The notes under the pieces: model-generated
What the model was told of the DNA's origin: nothing
The model's input: the letters and a program-made list of their open reading frames with translations, nothing else
The model's database searches: none
Program-made: the position numbers and the translations under genes
In this document: positions 20,139 through 30,863 of the stretch, one piece after another
Numbering within the stretch: position 1 is the first letter of the stretch
Layout: each line of letters opens with the position of its first letter
Assembly (NCBI GenBank): GCA_044432975.1
Contig: JAWXUC010000001.1
Coordinates: forward strand, 148,604 to 212,603
Direction: 5' to 3'
DNA: 64,000 nt
DNA from: Alphaproteobacteria bacterium
GTDB lineage: Bacteria; Pseudomonadota; Alphaproteobacteria; RF32; CAG-239

Positions 20139-22094
20139 TTATTTTCCTTTTTTAGTTAAACAATTTTTCACAGCATCAATCACTTCTATTAAATTAACGC
20201 CACAATATTCATAGACTTCTCCAGCTGGCCCAGAGGCACCAAAGCCATCTAAACCAATAATATCATTAGCATACCTCTCCCAACCAAATTTAGCTCCTGC
20301 TTCAATAGCGATTCGAGGACAATTACCTAAAATAGAAGATTGATATCCATCATCTTGCTTCTCAAATAATTCCATGCATGGCATAGAAACAACATTAACA
20401 TCAATATTTTCAACTTTCAACTCTTTTTGCGCATTAATTGCTAAAGCCACCTCAGATCCAGTTGCAATAAGGGTTGCAACAGGGTTTGAAGCTGGGGAAA
20501 TAATATAAGCACCCTTCGAAGTTAAGTTTTCTTTTGCATCAACCCTTAATGTCGGAAGATTTTGACGAGACAATGCTAAAATAGAAGGCGAGCATTCATT
20601 TTCAATAGCAAATTGCCAAGCTTCTGCAGTCTCAACAACATCGCAAGGCCTAAAAACATTAATATTAGGCATCGCTCGATAACTAGCCAAGTGTTCAACT
20701 GGTTGATGAGTTGGACCATCTTCGCCAACACCAATAGAGTCGTGAGTCAAAACATAAACAACCCTAATCCCCATTAATGCAGCCAAACGTTGAGCTGGTC
20801 TTAAATAATCAGAGAATACAAAAAACGTTCCACCATAAGGAATAAAGCCACCATGCAAAGACAAACCATTAAGCATTGCCCCCATCACATGTTCTCTAAT
20901 TCCATAAGCGATATTGTTTCCCTTAAAATCGCCACGTTTTACAGTCTTCATTCCGTCAACAAACGTTAAGTTTGAAGCAATTAAATCTGCAGAACCACCA
21001 ATAATTGAAGGAAGATTTGGCACAATTTTTTCCAAACAAAGTTGCGAAGCTTTTCTTGTCGCCACATTCATTTTCTCAGCAATTGCTTTCTCTTTTAGCT
21101 CTTTCAAACCTTCAGCTACAGAAGCAGGAACAACATTATTTATTTGATTCAAAAAGGCTTTATTTTTCTTCGATTCTTTTTGCCACAACTCATACTCAAA
21201 AGCACTCTTTGCACCAGCTGCCTCCCATTCAACTTTAATCTCTTGAGGAATTTCAAACGAACCATAATTCCAATTTAACGATTCTCTCATTGCTTTCAAT
21301 TCAACTTCACCCAAAGGAGAACCATGACATTTATTTGTCCCTTGTTTATTTGGCGCGCCAAAACCAATTTTTGTTTTACAAGCAATTAAAGTTGGTTTTT
21401 TAGATTTTTGAGCTTTTTTTATTGCTTTTTCGATTTCTTTATATTCATGTCCATCAATAGCTATTGTGTTCCAATTGTTCGCCTTAAATCTTTTCAACTG
21501 ATTTGTAGAAGAAGAACTAGAAACATAACCATCAATAGTAATATTATTATTATCCCAAAAAACAATAAGCTTGCTCAAACCCAAATGACCAGCCATAGCT
21601 ATAGCTTCTTCAGAAATTCCTTCTTGCAAACAACCATCACCACAAATAACATAAGTAAAGTGATTACACAAATCACCATAATTAGCATTTAAAATTCTTT
21701 CTGCTACAGCAAAACCAACAGCAGAAGAAATTCCTTGCCCTAAAGGACCAGTTGTCATATCAACTCCATCTAAATGTCCATATTCAGGATGCCCCGCACA
21801 CTTTGACCCAAGCTGACGAAAAGACTTAATATCATCAAGAGAAATATCATGATAACCCATATAATATTGCAAAGAATATAATAAAGCAGAACCATGCCCA
21901 GCAGATAAAATAAATCTATCACGATTAAACCACTTTGGATCTTTAGGATTTGTTTTCAAAAATTTAGAAAACAATACAGTAGCCACATCAGCCATTCCAA
22001 GAGGCATACCAGGGTGCCCAGAATTTGCTTTATCAATCATATCTGCAGATAAAAACCTCAAAGCATTTGCCATTTGTTTATAATTTTGTTTCAT
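20139..22094 (-). CDS. tkt: Transketolase.
   Basis: 651 aa with a GHPG ThDP motif and GDGCLQEG. Confidence 0.95.
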   Translation of the reverse strand: MKQNYKQMANALRFLSADMIDKANSGHPGMPLGMADVATVLFSKFLKTNPKDPKWFNRDRFILSAGHGSALLYSLQYYMGYHDISLDDIKSFRQLGSKCAGHPEYGHLDGVDMTTGPLGQGISSAVGFAVAERILNANYGDLCNHFTYVICGDGCLQEGISEEAIAMAGHLGLSKLIVFWDNNNITIDGYVSSSSSTNQLKRFKANNWNTIAIDGHEYKEIEKAIKKAQKSKKPTLIACKTKIGFGAPNKQGTNKCHGSPLGEVELKAMRESLNWNYGSFEIPQEIKVEWEAAGAKSAFEYELWQKESKKNKAFLNQINNVVPASVAEGLKELKEKAIAEKMNVATRKASQLCLEKIVPNLPSIIGGSADLIASNLTFVDGMKTVKRGDFKGNNIAYGIREHVMGAMLNGLSLHGGFIPYGGTFFVFSDYLRPAQRLAALMGIRVVYVLTHDSIGVGEDGPTHQPVEHLASYRAMPNINVFRPCDVVETAEAWQFAIENECSPSILALSRQNLPTLRVDAKENLTSKGAYIISPASNPVATLIATGSEVALAINAQKELKVENIDVNVVSMPCMELFEKQDDGYQSSILGNCPRIAIEAGAKFGWERYANDIIGLDGFGASGPAGEVYEYCGVNLIEVIDAVKNCLTKKGK

Positions 22095-22115
22095 ACTTAA
22101 ATCCTTTCTTATTTT

Positions 22116-22652
22116 TTATTCTTCAATATAATCAAATTTTATATCAAAAGTTCTTTGATTAAAAACTTTTTCTCTTTGGGTTTGAACCAATCCTAAATTA
22201 ATTATAAATTGACTTTCATTTTCAACAGGAATTCTTTGTTCTAGAGTCTTTCCTTTAAACTTAATCGATTTTTGATCATAGTTTATAGAAGCTGATTGAT
22301 GATGGCGCCATTTTCCCAAATATTCTGGTGGACCATCTAATGTCTCTGTAAAAAACTTAAAATCTACCTGACAATCTTTTGACGGAGCAAGTCTAGAAAG
22401 TTCAAAAACAGGAGTAATAACAGCCTTATTCGTTTTTAATTCTCTATCATAATAACAATACCCCTCAACCCCAACTATTTGAACTTGAAAATCTTCAAAA
22501 GAAGAACTCTTCTGTGTCAAATAAGCAGATTTTCGAGGAATTAATACATTAGGACAAATAGCAAACACACCAATATCTTCATTATCTGAAAAAACAGAAC
22601 AAGAGGTAACCACAAAAAATGACAATAAATAAATTAGTCTTTTCATAAACAA
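22116..22652 (-). CDS. Putative lipoprotein of unknown function.
   Basis: Signal peptide plus lipobox VVTSCS. No other recognisable motif. Confidence 0.45.
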   Translation of the reverse strand: MFMKRLIYLLSFFVVTSCSVFSDNEDIGVFAICPNVLIPRKSAYLTQKSSSFEDFQVQIVGVEGYCYYDRELKTNKAVITPVFELSRLAPSKDCQVDFKFFTETLDGPPEYLGKWRHHQSASINYDQKSIKFKGKTLEQRIPVENESQFIINLGLVQTQREKVFNQRTFDIKFDYIEE

Positions 22653-22750
22653 ACTCCATAAATTATGACTAAAATTAACACCAATATTTTTGAAAGTAAA
22701 GCCTTAAGAAATTAACTAACAACATCTTTCTTAAATTTAACCAAAGCAGT

Positions 22751-23341
22751 TTATTTAACTTTCCTTACAGGATTTCCAACATAAGTGCCAGAAACTAAAA
22801 TATCTTTTATAACAACACTGCCTGTACCAACAATAACATCATCACAAATTCTAATATTATTTATTACAGCAGATCCTGTCCCGATAAAAACATTATTACC
22901 AATATTACAACGACCAGAAATAGCAACATTAGGACAAATATTTGTAAACTCACCAACCTTTGTTTCATGTTCAATTATTGCTTGAGTATTTATAATTGTC
23001 CCTTGCCCTATTTTACATTCTGGGCCAATAAAAGCACCATGAGCTATAAAACAGCCTTTTTCAACCTTAGAATTTATCCCAAGGCAAGCATCTTTAGCAA
23101 TAACAGAAACAATGTTCTTTCCTCTAAAAAGATTTTTTCTCACCTGATTATCACCAAAAGCAATAATACAATCTGTTTTATCATCACATTTACTCTCAAC
23201 ATCATAACCCCAAATTTTATCATTAGCTTGAGCATCTTCATTAACAAACACTATCTTTGTATTCTTATTATTATGCAACACAACGTTCGCAACACTTCTG
23301 GCATGACCACGATAACCATAAATAACAAGCTTATTTTCCAT
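22751..23341 (-). CDS. NeuD/PglD-family sugar acetyltransferase (left-handed beta-helix hexapeptide).
   Basis: N-terminal LVIYGYRGHARSVANVV Rossmann-like region, then hexapeptide repeats (IGNNVFIGTGSAVINNIRICDDVIVGTGSVV). Confidence 0.7.
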   Translation of the reverse strand: MENKLVIYGYRGHARSVANVVLHNNKNTKIVFVNEDAQANDKIWGYDVESKCDDKTDCIIAFGDNQVRKNLFRGKNIVSVIAKDACLGINSKVEKGCFIAHGAFIGPECKIGQGTIINTQAIIEHETKVGEFTNICPNVAISGRCNIGNNVFIGTGSAVINNIRICDDVIVGTGSVVIKDILVSGTYVGNPVRKVK

Positions 23342-23351
23342 AACGCGCCTC

Positions 23352-23624
23352 CTAAACAACAATAATTTTTTGCAACGTTTCTTTATATTTATCTTTTGCT
23401 TGTGTTAATTCATACTGAATTTGCATATTAAAAAAATACAAAGGTCTCAAGCCAAATAAAGTACAAAGCTTTAAATCTGTTTCCAACGTAAAACGCCTTT
23501 CAGCTTTTAATATTTGTGAAATACGACTAGCTGGAACAAAAATTCTAAAAGCAATTTGATGCTGATTTAAATTATGCTTTTTCATCAATTTTTTCAACTC
23601 AATTAAAGCTGGATTATTTTTCAT
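23352..23624 (-). CDS. HigA/VapI-family HTH protein (paralog 2).
   Basis: The start is [12 protein letters not shown] the Met preceded by gtggagattgatATG. Reads LNQHQIAFRIFVPASRISQILKAERRFTLETDLKLCTLFG. A paralog of the gene at 17317-17586. Confidence 0.6.
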   Translation of the reverse strand: MKNNPALIELKKLMKKHNLNQHQIAFRIFVPASRISQILKAERRFTLETDLKLCTLFGLRPLYFFNMQIQYELTQAKDKYKETLQKIIVV

Positions 23625-23696
23625 ATCAATCTCCACAAAATAGCAATTATTCCACAACAACATTTTACCCCCAAAAAGAGTAATGTCAACAACAAA

Positions 23697-23734
23697 ATAA
23701 CGCATAACGTTAAACGTTTAACGTTATGCGTTAT
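23697..23734. promoter_or_regulatory. Perfect 38-bp palindrome in the divergent mutL/HigA-like intergenic region. Candidate operator.
   Basis: Sequence ataacgcataacgttaaacgtttaacgttatgcgttat, whose reverse complement is identical. Confidence 0.45.
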
Positions 23735-23829
23735 TTTTATATACAAAAGCAAATAAAACACAAGCAAAAAAATAAAGCATTATTATACAAAACACTTGCA
23801 CAAACAAAAATATGATATAAAATACCACC

Positions 23830-25542
23830 ATGAATATAAGAATATTGCCACAAAATTTAATAAACCAAATCGCCGCAGGAGAAGTTATCGAGCGCCCATT
23901 TTCGGTTATAAAAGAGCTTACAGAAAACGCAATTGATGCAAAAGCAACGCAAATAGACATTCAGCTATTTGATGGTGGCAAAACAAACATTATAATAACA
24001 GACAATGGCAAGGGAATGAATGAAGATGATTTAAAATTATCCATCCACCCTCACGCCACATCAAAATTGGCTGATGATAATTTATTTGCAGTCAAATATT
24101 TAGGATTCCGTGGTGAAGCCTTAGCCTCAATTTCATCTGTTGCAAAATTAACTATTACAACCAGAACCAAAAAAGCTGAAAATGCAATACAGCTAGATGC
24201 TTCAACAATGCAAATAAAACCAGCCTCTGGGCAAACAGGCACAAAAATAGAAGTTAAAGACTTATTTTACACCACCCCTGCCCGCTTAAAATTCTTAAAA
24301 TCAGACAATTATGAAACCTCATCATGCGTAGAAGTCATCAACAAACTTGCCATGGCAAACCCACAAATTGGCTTTAAGCTAACCGCAAATGATAAAGTAA
24401 AAATAAATTACGCTCCTGTTTTAGAACGTTCAAGCAGATTGTTTGATGTTATGGACAAAGACTTTGCCACAAATTCCATTGCCATAAGTGCCCAAAATTC
24501 AGAACTCAAAATTTCTGGTTATATCGGACTACCTACCTTATCAAAATCAAATTCATTAAGCCAATACTTATTTGTCAACAACCGTTTTGTAAAAGACAAA
24601 CTTTTAATGGGCACAATCAAAGGCGCATATCAAGACGTTTTAGAACGAGGAAAATATCCTGCAGTTGCAATATTTATTGACATTTTACCAGAACTTGTCG
24701 ACGTAAATGTCCACCCACAAAAAGCAGAAGTTAGATTTTTTGATAACCAAATGATAAGAGGAATGTTATTTTCTAGCATTCAAAGAGCCTTAGAAATTGG
24801 CTCTCAAAAAAGTGCAATTCATATCAACAAACCAATAGATATGTCTATGCCAAAAGCAACAACACAAAACACAATGTTCTTCCACGATTCTCAAAGAGTA
24901 ATAGACAGCTCTTTATTTTCTGTAAAAACAGATGAAATTATTACAGCCCCCCCAGAAGAAGAAATCGGCTTTTTGGGTATGGCAAAAGCTCAATTTAACA
25001 ACACCTATATAATATCACAAACCCAAGACGGCATTACAATCATTGACCAACACGCCGCTCATGAACGCATTGTGCTAGAAAAAATGAAAGAGCAAATCAA
25101 AAAGAATATTGCTCCAAGCCAAATGCTTTTAATTCCTGAAGTTATAGAATTACCATCTCTTGAAAAAGAGGCTTTATTATCAATGAGCGAAGAACTCAAA
25201 AAAATAGGCTTTGATATAGAAGACTTTGGCACAACCGCCGTATTAATAAGAGAAGTCCCAGCCCTAATTGCCAACGCAGATATTAAAAACTTAATCAAAA
25301 AAGTTGCAGAAGAATCTTTAGAATTTGATGCTAGTTATGCCGTTGAAAAAAAACTCCATGACATCTGCGCCACAATCGCTTGCCATGGATCAGTCAGAGC
25401 AGGAAGAGACATGAATACTTTTGAAATGAACCAACTTTTAAGAGATATGGAAAAAACCAACAACTCAGGCCAATGCAATCACGGCCGCCCAACGTATGTA
25501 GAACTAAAAACAAAAGATATAGAAAGGTTATTTTTAAGATGA
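23830..25542 (+). CDS. mutL: DNA mismatch repair protein MutL.
   Basis: N-terminal [36 protein letters not shown] ATPase motif and DNGKGM. Confidence 0.9.
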   Translation: MNIRILPQNLINQIAAGEVIERPFSVIKELTENAIDAKATQIDIQLFDGGKTNIIITDNGKGMNEDDLKLSIHPHATSKLADDNLFAVKYLGFRGEALASISSVAKLTITTRTKKAENAIQLDASTMQIKPASGQTGTKIEVKDLFYTTPARLKFLKSDNYETSSCVEVINKLAMANPQIGFKLTANDKVKINYAPVLERSSRLFDVMDKDFATNSIAISAQNSELKISGYIGLPTLSKSNSLSQYLFVNNRFVKDKLLMGTIKGAYQDVLERGKYPAVAIFIDILPELVDVNVHPQKAEVRFFDNQMIRGMLFSSIQRALEIGSQKSAIHINKPIDMSMPKATTQNTMFFHDSQRVIDSSLFSVKTDEIITAPPEEEIGFLGMAKAQFNNTYIISQTQDGITIIDQHAAHERIVLEKMKEQIKKNIAPSQMLLIPEVIELPSLEKEALLSMSEELKKIGFDIEDFGTTAVLIREVPALIANADIKNLIKKVAEESLEFDASYAVEKKLHDICATIACHGSVRAGRDMNTFEMNQLLRDMEKTNNSGQCNHGRPTYVELKTKDIERLFLR

Positions 25543-25991
25543 GATGCCCATTTTGCGGAAATATAGAAACCCAAGTAAAAGATTCAAGACTTACAGAAGA
25601 CAGCTCTGCCATCAGACGTAGAAGAGAATGCCCTGAATGCGCATCAAGATTCACAACTTTTGAAAGAGTTTTTTTAAGAGAGCTAACAATCGTTAAAAAA
25701 AATGGCGATAAAATGCCTTTTAACAGAGAAAAGCTAAGCAAATCAATTCGCCTAGCTTTAAGAAAACGCCCCGTTACAGAAGAACGCATTGAAAAAGTAA
25801 TCACCTCAATCCAACGCAAACTAGAAAGCAGCGGCGAAGCAGAAATCCAATCTCAAAAAGTCGGAGAATACGTAATGGACGCCCTAGCCCGCCTAGATCA
25901 TGTCGCATACATCCGCTTCGCCTCAGTCTACAAAGACTTCACCGAAGTAAAAGACTTCGTAGAATCAATAGAAAACCTACCTAAAAAATAA
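25539..25991 (+). CDS. nrdR: Transcriptional repressor NrdR.
   Basis: [17 protein letters not shown]...[12 protein letters not shown] zinc ribbon plus ATP-cone. Its ATG overlaps the mutL stop (ATGA). Confidence 0.9.
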   Translation: MRCPFCGNIETQVKDSRLTEDSSAIRRRRECPECASRFTTFERVFLRELTIVKKNGDKMPFNREKLSKSIRLALRKRPVTEERIEKVITSIQRKLESSGEAEIQSQKVGEYVMDALARLDHVAYIRFASVYKDFTEVKDFVESIENLPKK

Positions 25992-25997
25992 AAAAAA

Positions 25998-26019
25998 AGC
26001 TTGCTAAAAATAGCAAGCT
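25998..26019. terminator. Bidirectional terminator between nrdR and the oxidoreductase gene.
   Basis: Hairpin agcttgct aaaaat agcaagct flanked by A/T runs. Confidence 0.55.
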
Positions 26020-26048
26020 CTTCAATTAAATCAGAAAAATATTCCCTA

Positions 26049-26993
26049 TTAAAACTTAAGTGTATCAGTCAACTTCATCAAAATAACAGAAGCACTAACA
26101 CTCAACTCTTTTCTTGAAACATAAGTAGGAAACTTTCCTAAAACAGAATAAACAAAGCTTTTGTTTACATCCAAATACGCTCGATTCATATCACGAGACC
26201 AAGTCATCAGAAACTTATCTCCCAAATAAACCTTGAACTCATTACTTCCACCAACAGAGGTTAAAGTAATAACTTCTTTTTCTAAATAAATTTTTATTTC
26301 TTCAAGATTATCTTTAGCATCATCTAAGAAATATTGATTTGCAAAAGAAAAAGAAATTCCGTCATCACGCACACCTGCAACCTCATAACGATAAGGCCCA
26401 TCCACAAGCTTATGCATAACAAAAGGACTATAGCCACCACAAATGTAACTCATAATATCAATCTCATGACAAAGATGATCCTGCAAAGCAGAGTTATCAT
26501 AAGTTTCTGGATTAACATTTTGTTTTTTTCTAAGCGTCAACTCTACTTTAAGAATTTTGCCATAATCTTGAGTATCTAAGTACTTTTCAGCCATTATATA
26601 TGGCAAGTCAAAGCGTCTCGGATAACAAGTTGTGATAACAACATCGGGATTTTCAGACATCAACACCTCAAGAGCTGTTAATTCTTCTGCTTTAGTACAA
26701 ACAGGCTTTTCAACCAATGTATGCACTCCCATTTCAACGGCTGTTTTCAATTGTTGAAAATGAAATTCATCAGGAGAAGAAATTATGACCGCATCGCAGT
26801 TTTTTAATAATTCTTTCTCATTTGCAAATGACTTCATTTTAAAACCATAGTTTTTTTCAACTCTTTCAAAAACTTTAACATCAGGATCAAAACATCCAAC
26901 AATTTCAACTTCTTCAATTGATAACATTTTTTGAATGTGAGCTGGTTCTGCATGTCTACCGCCGCCAATAAAACCTAATTTAATTTTTTTCAT
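26049..26993 (-). CDS. Gfo/Idh/MocA-family NAD(P)-dependent oxidoreductase.
   Basis: N-terminal Rossmann motif KLGFIGGGRHAEPAHI. 314 aa. Confidence 0.75.
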   Translation of the reverse strand: MKKIKLGFIGGGRHAEPAHIQKMLSIEEVEIVGCFDPDVKVFERVEKNYGFKMKSFANEKELLKNCDAVIISSPDEFHFQQLKTAVEMGVHTLVEKPVCTKAEELTALEVLMSENPDVVITTCYPRRFDLPYIMAEKYLDTQDYGKILKVELTLRKKQNVNPETYDNSALQDHLCHEIDIMSYICGGYSPFVMHKLVDGPYRYEVAGVRDDGISFSFANQYFLDDAKDNLEEIKIYLEKEVITLTSVGGSNEFKVYLGDKFLMTWSRDMNRAYLDVNKSFVYSVLGKFPTYVSRKELSVSASVILMKLTDTLKF

Positions 26994-27144
26994 GTTTATA
27001 ATAGTTTAGTGATTAATTTTATATTGAGCACCACATTACAACAAAAAAAATATTTTGTCAAGTTTTTGCAAAAAAGAAGAATAAATTTCACTTGACTTTT
27101 AGTGTAATTTGATGCATTTTCAACCACAAATAAAGGAATTTAAA

Positions 27145-27615
27145 ATGCAAAAATTTATATCAAAAAAAATTAAAGAAAAATCAGCTTCAAGATTAGCATT
27201 TGTGCAAGCAACATACATGATAGACTTTGGCGAAATTAATGTTGACGAAGTTGTTAAAAGTTTTGTTGATGGCAAAGTAGGACACTTCACATTATCAGAA
27301 TCAGAAGAAGTAATTGAACTATCTGACTTTGACAAAGAATATTTTGCAAACATAACTCGTGATATGCACTTAAAAAAACAAGATGTTGAAAATTCTCTCA
27401 AAGGCTTCTTAAAAGAAAACGTTGAGTTAGATAAATTAGACGGCATTATGCGTTCTATTTTACTTTGTGCTTGTTATGAGCTTGCGTTTTCATCAGATAT
27501 AGATTCAAAAATATTAATCCAAGAATATATGGACGTAGCTTATGGTTTTTATCTCAAAAATGAACCAAAAGTTATCAACGCAATTTTAGATCAAGTTGCA
27601 AAGGCTGTTCGTTAA
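27145..27615 (+). CDS. nusB: Transcription antitermination factor NusB.
   Basis: SASRLAFVQATYM matches the NusB N-terminus. SD aaagga precedes this ATG, and the gene lies upstream of def-fmt. Confidence 0.75.
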   Translation: MQKFISKKIKEKSASRLAFVQATYMIDFGEINVDEVVKSFVDGKVGHFTLSESEEVIELSDFDKEYFANITRDMHLKKQDVENSLKGFLKENVELDKLDGIMRSILLCACYELAFSSDIDSKILIQEYMDVAYGFYLKNEPKVINAILDQVAKAVR

Positions 27616-28149
27616 ATGATACTAAAAATATTAGAGCATCCCAATCCAATATTAAAACAAATTTCTCAAAAAGTAGAAATAGTTGATTCTGAAATTAAAA
27701 AATTTTTAGATGATATGTTAGAAACCATGTACGCAAAAAAAGGCATTGGCTTAGCAGCTCCACAAGTTGGAGTGTTAAAAAAAATTGTTGTTGTAGATTT
27801 ATCTTTGCGCAAAGAAGATGAAGAAGGCAAAAAATATCCTAGAGATCCAATGTTTTTAATAAATCCAGAAATTATAGAAAAATCAGCCGACAAACAAATT
27901 GCTGAAGAAGGCTGCTTATCTGTACCAAACCAATGTGCAGAAGTTGAACGTTTTTATAAAATTAAAGTAAAATTTTTAGACAAAGACGGAACAGAACAAA
28001 TCAAAGAATTTGAAGAGTTTGACGCTGTGGTTATCCAACACGAAATGGATCACTTAGACGGCAAACTTTATATCGATAGAATTTCACGCTTAAAAAGACA
28101 AATGGTCTTAAAAAAATTAGATAAATTCCGTCAAGGAGAAGAAGCTTGA
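27616..28149 (+). CDS. def: Peptide deformylase.
   Basis: Motifs GIGLAAPQVG, EGCLSVP and QHEMDHLDG. Confidence 0.95.
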   Translation: MILKILEHPNPILKQISQKVEIVDSEIKKFLDDMLETMYAKKGIGLAAPQVGVLKKIVVVDLSLRKEDEEGKKYPRDPMFLINPEIIEKSADKQIAEEGCLSVPNQCAEVERFYKIKVKFLDKDGTEQIKEFEEFDAVVIQHEMDHLDGKLYIDRISRLKRQMVLKKLDKFRQGEEA

Positions 28150-28982
28150 AAATAGTATTTTTTGGCACACCAGATTTTGCCTTGCCAGCATTAAAAGCAT
28201 TAGTTGCAAAGCACGAAGTTGTTTGTGTATATACCAAAGAACCCAAAGAAGCCAACCGTGGCAAAAAAATTCAAAAATCACCTATTCATCTTTTTGCCGA
28301 ACAACAAGGAATTGAAGTCAAACACCCAAAAAGCTTAAAAAATATTTTTGAATATCCCAAAGCAGATTTAGGTGTTGTTTGTGCTTATGGCTTAATCTTA
28401 CCAAAACACGTTTTAGAAGCTTTTCCACTAGGTTGCATAAATATTCATGGCTCTGTTCTTCCTCGCTGGCGTGGCGCTGCCCCAATTACCAGAGCTATTG
28501 AAGCAGGCGATAAAACCACAGGCATTACAATAATGCAAATGGATGAAGGCTTAGATACTGGCGATATGTTGTTAATTGAAGAAATTAATATTGAAAACAA
28601 ATATGTTCCACAAGTTCATGACGAGATGGCAGAGCTTGGCGGCAAATTAATTATTGAGGCACTAAATAATTTAGACAATATAACCCCAATAAAACAAGAC
28701 GATTCTAAAGCAAATTATGCTCATAAAATTGACAAATCAGAAATGTTATTAAACTTTAATTTACCTGCTGAAGATGTTTTAAGAAAAATAAAAGCCTTTT
28801 ACGGAATGTATTTTGAAGAAGACGGATTAAGATACAAAGTTTATGAAGCCTCAATAATTGATGACAATAAAGAACCTTTAACATTTATGTGTAGCGATAA
28901 TAAAGCCATTAAAATTGAAGTTATTCAAAAACAAGGCAAATCAAAAATGAACCGCCAAGACTATTTACGCGGCTTAAAATAA
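28146..28982 (+). CDS. fmt: Methionyl-tRNA formyltransferase.
   Basis: KIVFFGTPDFALPALKAL N-terminus and the HGSVLPRWRGAAPI formyltransferase motif. Overlaps the def stop. Confidence 0.9.
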   Translation: MKIVFFGTPDFALPALKALVAKHEVVCVYTKEPKEANRGKKIQKSPIHLFAEQQGIEVKHPKSLKNIFEYPKADLGVVCAYGLILPKHVLEAFPLGCINIHGSVLPRWRGAAPITRAIEAGDKTTGITIMQMDEGLDTGDMLLIEEINIENKYVPQVHDEMAELGGKLIIEALNNLDNITPIKQDDSKANYAHKIDKSEMLLNFNLPAEDVLRKIKAFYGMYFEEDGLRYKVYEASIIDDNKEPLTFMCSDNKAIKIEVIQKQGKSKMNRQDYLRGLK

Positions 28983-29050
28983 ACATAAATTATTATTTAC
29001 TTTAATAAGTTTAACTTATACAATTAACAAAAATTAAAGGAGCTAAAAAC

Positions 29051-29782
29051 ATGAAAAAAATTTTACTTATTACATTAGTTGTTATAATTGCAGTTATTGG
29101 AATTGCTTTCTTAAACATTGGCAAAATTGTTACAACTGCTGTTAACACATATGGTTCAGAAATCACTGGCACACAAGTTTCTCTTAAAGGTTTCAACCTT
29201 AGCTTAACTAAAGGAGAAGCTGAAATAAACAAACTTTTAGTTGCCAACCCTCAAGGTTATAATGCTCCATATATATTTGAACTTGACAACATCTCTGTTA
29301 CTCTTGATATCAAATCATTAACAACAGATACTATTGTTATTAATGAAATTAATATCAAGCAACCAATCATTAGTTTTGAGGCTTTATCTTTACAACAAAA
29401 CAATCTTAAAGCTTTAGAAGAAAACATTAACAAAAATCTTCCTCAAACTCAAAAAACAGAAAGCATTGCAACAGAAGAAACAAGTTCTACATCAAGCAAA
29501 ACTGTTTTAATCAAAAAGTTTGTATTATCAAAAGCAACTGTTAAAGCATATATGCCAAATATGGACCCTATTAGTTTAGAATTGCCAGAAATCACATTAA
29601 CAGATATTGATAGTGGCAACCCACAAAAACAAATTGCTCAAATTTTTGAAAGTATTATTACAGCAACAACTCAAGCTGTTACCAACTTTACAAAAGAACA
29701 ATTAGAAAATTTAGCACAAAGTAGCTTAAACACAATTACAGATTCTATAAAAAATAAAATTAACGTAAAAGGATTATTTTAA
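29051..29782 (+). CDS. Hypothetical N-terminally anchored protein, probably periplasmic and beta-rich.
   Basis: SD aaggag, then TM helix LLITLVVIIAVIGIAF. Two similar internal modules. Confidence 0.45.
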   Translation: MKKILLITLVVIIAVIGIAFLNIGKIVTTAVNTYGSEITGTQVSLKGFNLSLTKGEAEINKLLVANPQGYNAPYIFELDNISVTLDIKSLTTDTIVINEINIKQPIISFEALSLQQNNLKALEENINKNLPQTQKTESIATEETSSTSSKTVLIKKFVLSKATVKAYMPNMDPISLELPEITLTDIDSGNPQKQIAQIFESIITATTQAVTNFTKEQLENLAQSSLNTITDSIKNKINVKGLF

Positions 29783-30276
29783 TGTTTTTTATATCATCTG
29801 CTTATGCTAGCCCAGCTTGCCCTGTTTGCACAATTGCAATCGGTGCCTCATTAGAAATCGCCCGCCATTTGGGTGTTGATGATGGCGTTGTTGGAGTTTG
29901 GGCAGGAGCATTGCTAGCTTTAATCGGCTATTGGACAATTATCTGGTTTGATAAAAAAAACTGGAACTTCAAATTTAGAAACACAACATTAATAACATTA
30001 TCTGTTGCCATGATTGGATTTATGTATATTTCAGAAATGACTTACAATCCATCTATACTCGGTTTTATAGATCCATTTTTATTATCAAGTATTATGGGTG
30101 CAGTTGTTTTAATACTTTCAGGTAAATGGTATGAATATATGAAAGCAAAAAACAATGGACATGCTCACTTTCCATTTGAAAAAGTGGTTATTCCTGTTGT
30201 TACCGTATGGCTTGCAAGCATGTATTATCATTTTTACCCAATTGCTAATAATGCTGCAGACCTAATGAACTTTTAA
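29782..30276 (+). CDS. Hypothetical polytopic membrane protein with an N-terminal CPVC motif.
   Basis: TAATG overlap with the upstream gene. Four predicted TM helices. Confidence 0.45.
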   Translation: MFFISSAYASPACPVCTIAIGASLEIARHLGVDDGVVGVWAGALLALIGYWTIIWFDKKNWNFKFRNTTLITLSVAMIGFMYISEMTYNPSILGFIDPFLLSSIMGAVVLILSGKWYEYMKAKNNGHAHFPFEKVVIPVVTVWLASMYYHFYPIANNAADLMNF

Positions 30277-30279
30277 CAA

Positions 30280-30309
30280 AAAAGCGGAGAATCATCTCCG
30301 CTTTTTATT
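30280..30309. terminator. Bidirectional terminator.
   Basis: Hairpin aaagcggaga atcat ctccgcttt plus a T-run. Confidence 0.6.
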
Positions 30310-30314
30310 ATTCT

Positions 30315-30863
30315 TTAACCTAAAACAATTTTCAAAAATGCATCAACATAATTTGCTCTAGCATTTTTATAATCAATATAATAAGCGTGCTCCCAAATAT
30401 CAATACACAGCAAAGGAGCTTCTCCTCTTGCAATTGGACTGTCTGCATTAGATGTCTTTATGATATCTAACTCACCGTTTCTTTCAACAAGCCAAACCCA
30501 ACCACTGCCAAACTGAGACAAAGATGCTGCTGTCCATTCTTGCTTAAATTTATCTAAAGTTCCAAACTCTGAAATTATTTGCTCTTTCAGACTATTTGAA
30601 ATTAGCTGTAAATTTCTAAAATAAAACTCATGATTATAAACTTGAGCCGCATTGTTAAAAACAGCAACCATATCTGCTTTATTAAAAGATTTTTTTATAA
30701 CTTCTTCTAATTCTAAATTATCTAGTTCAGTTCCTTCAATTAACTTATTTAAGTTATCTAAATAAGTTTTATAATGCTTACCATAATGAAACTCAAAAGT
30801 TTCTGCAGAAATTAATGATTCAAAATTATTTTTTTCATAAGGTAATTCTATCATATTAAACAT
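30315..30863 (-). CDS. sodB: Fe/Mn superoxide dismutase.
   Basis: LPYEKNNFESLISAETFEFHYGKHYKTY and DIWEHAYYIDYKN metal-ligand motifs. Confidence 0.9.
   Translation of the reverse strand: MFNMIELPYEKNNFESLISAETFEFHYGKHYKTYLDNLNKLIEGTELDNLELEEVIKKSFNKADMVAVFNNAAQVYNHEFYFRNLQLISNSLKEQIISEFGTLDKFKQEWTAASLSQFGSGWVWLVERNGELDIIKTSNADSPIARGEAPLLCIDIWEHAYYIDYKNARANYVDAFLKIVLG

Noticed and set aside
23724-23960. A 78-aa minus-strand ORF upstream of HigA-like paralog 2 as a possible HigB toxin
   Set aside because: It overlaps the mutL start on the opposite strand, is extremely hydrophobic and low-complexity, and has no SD. It is a spurious antisense ORF.
25394-25819. A 141-aa minus-strand ORF
   Set aside because: It is antisense to the well-supported mutL 3' end and to nrdR.
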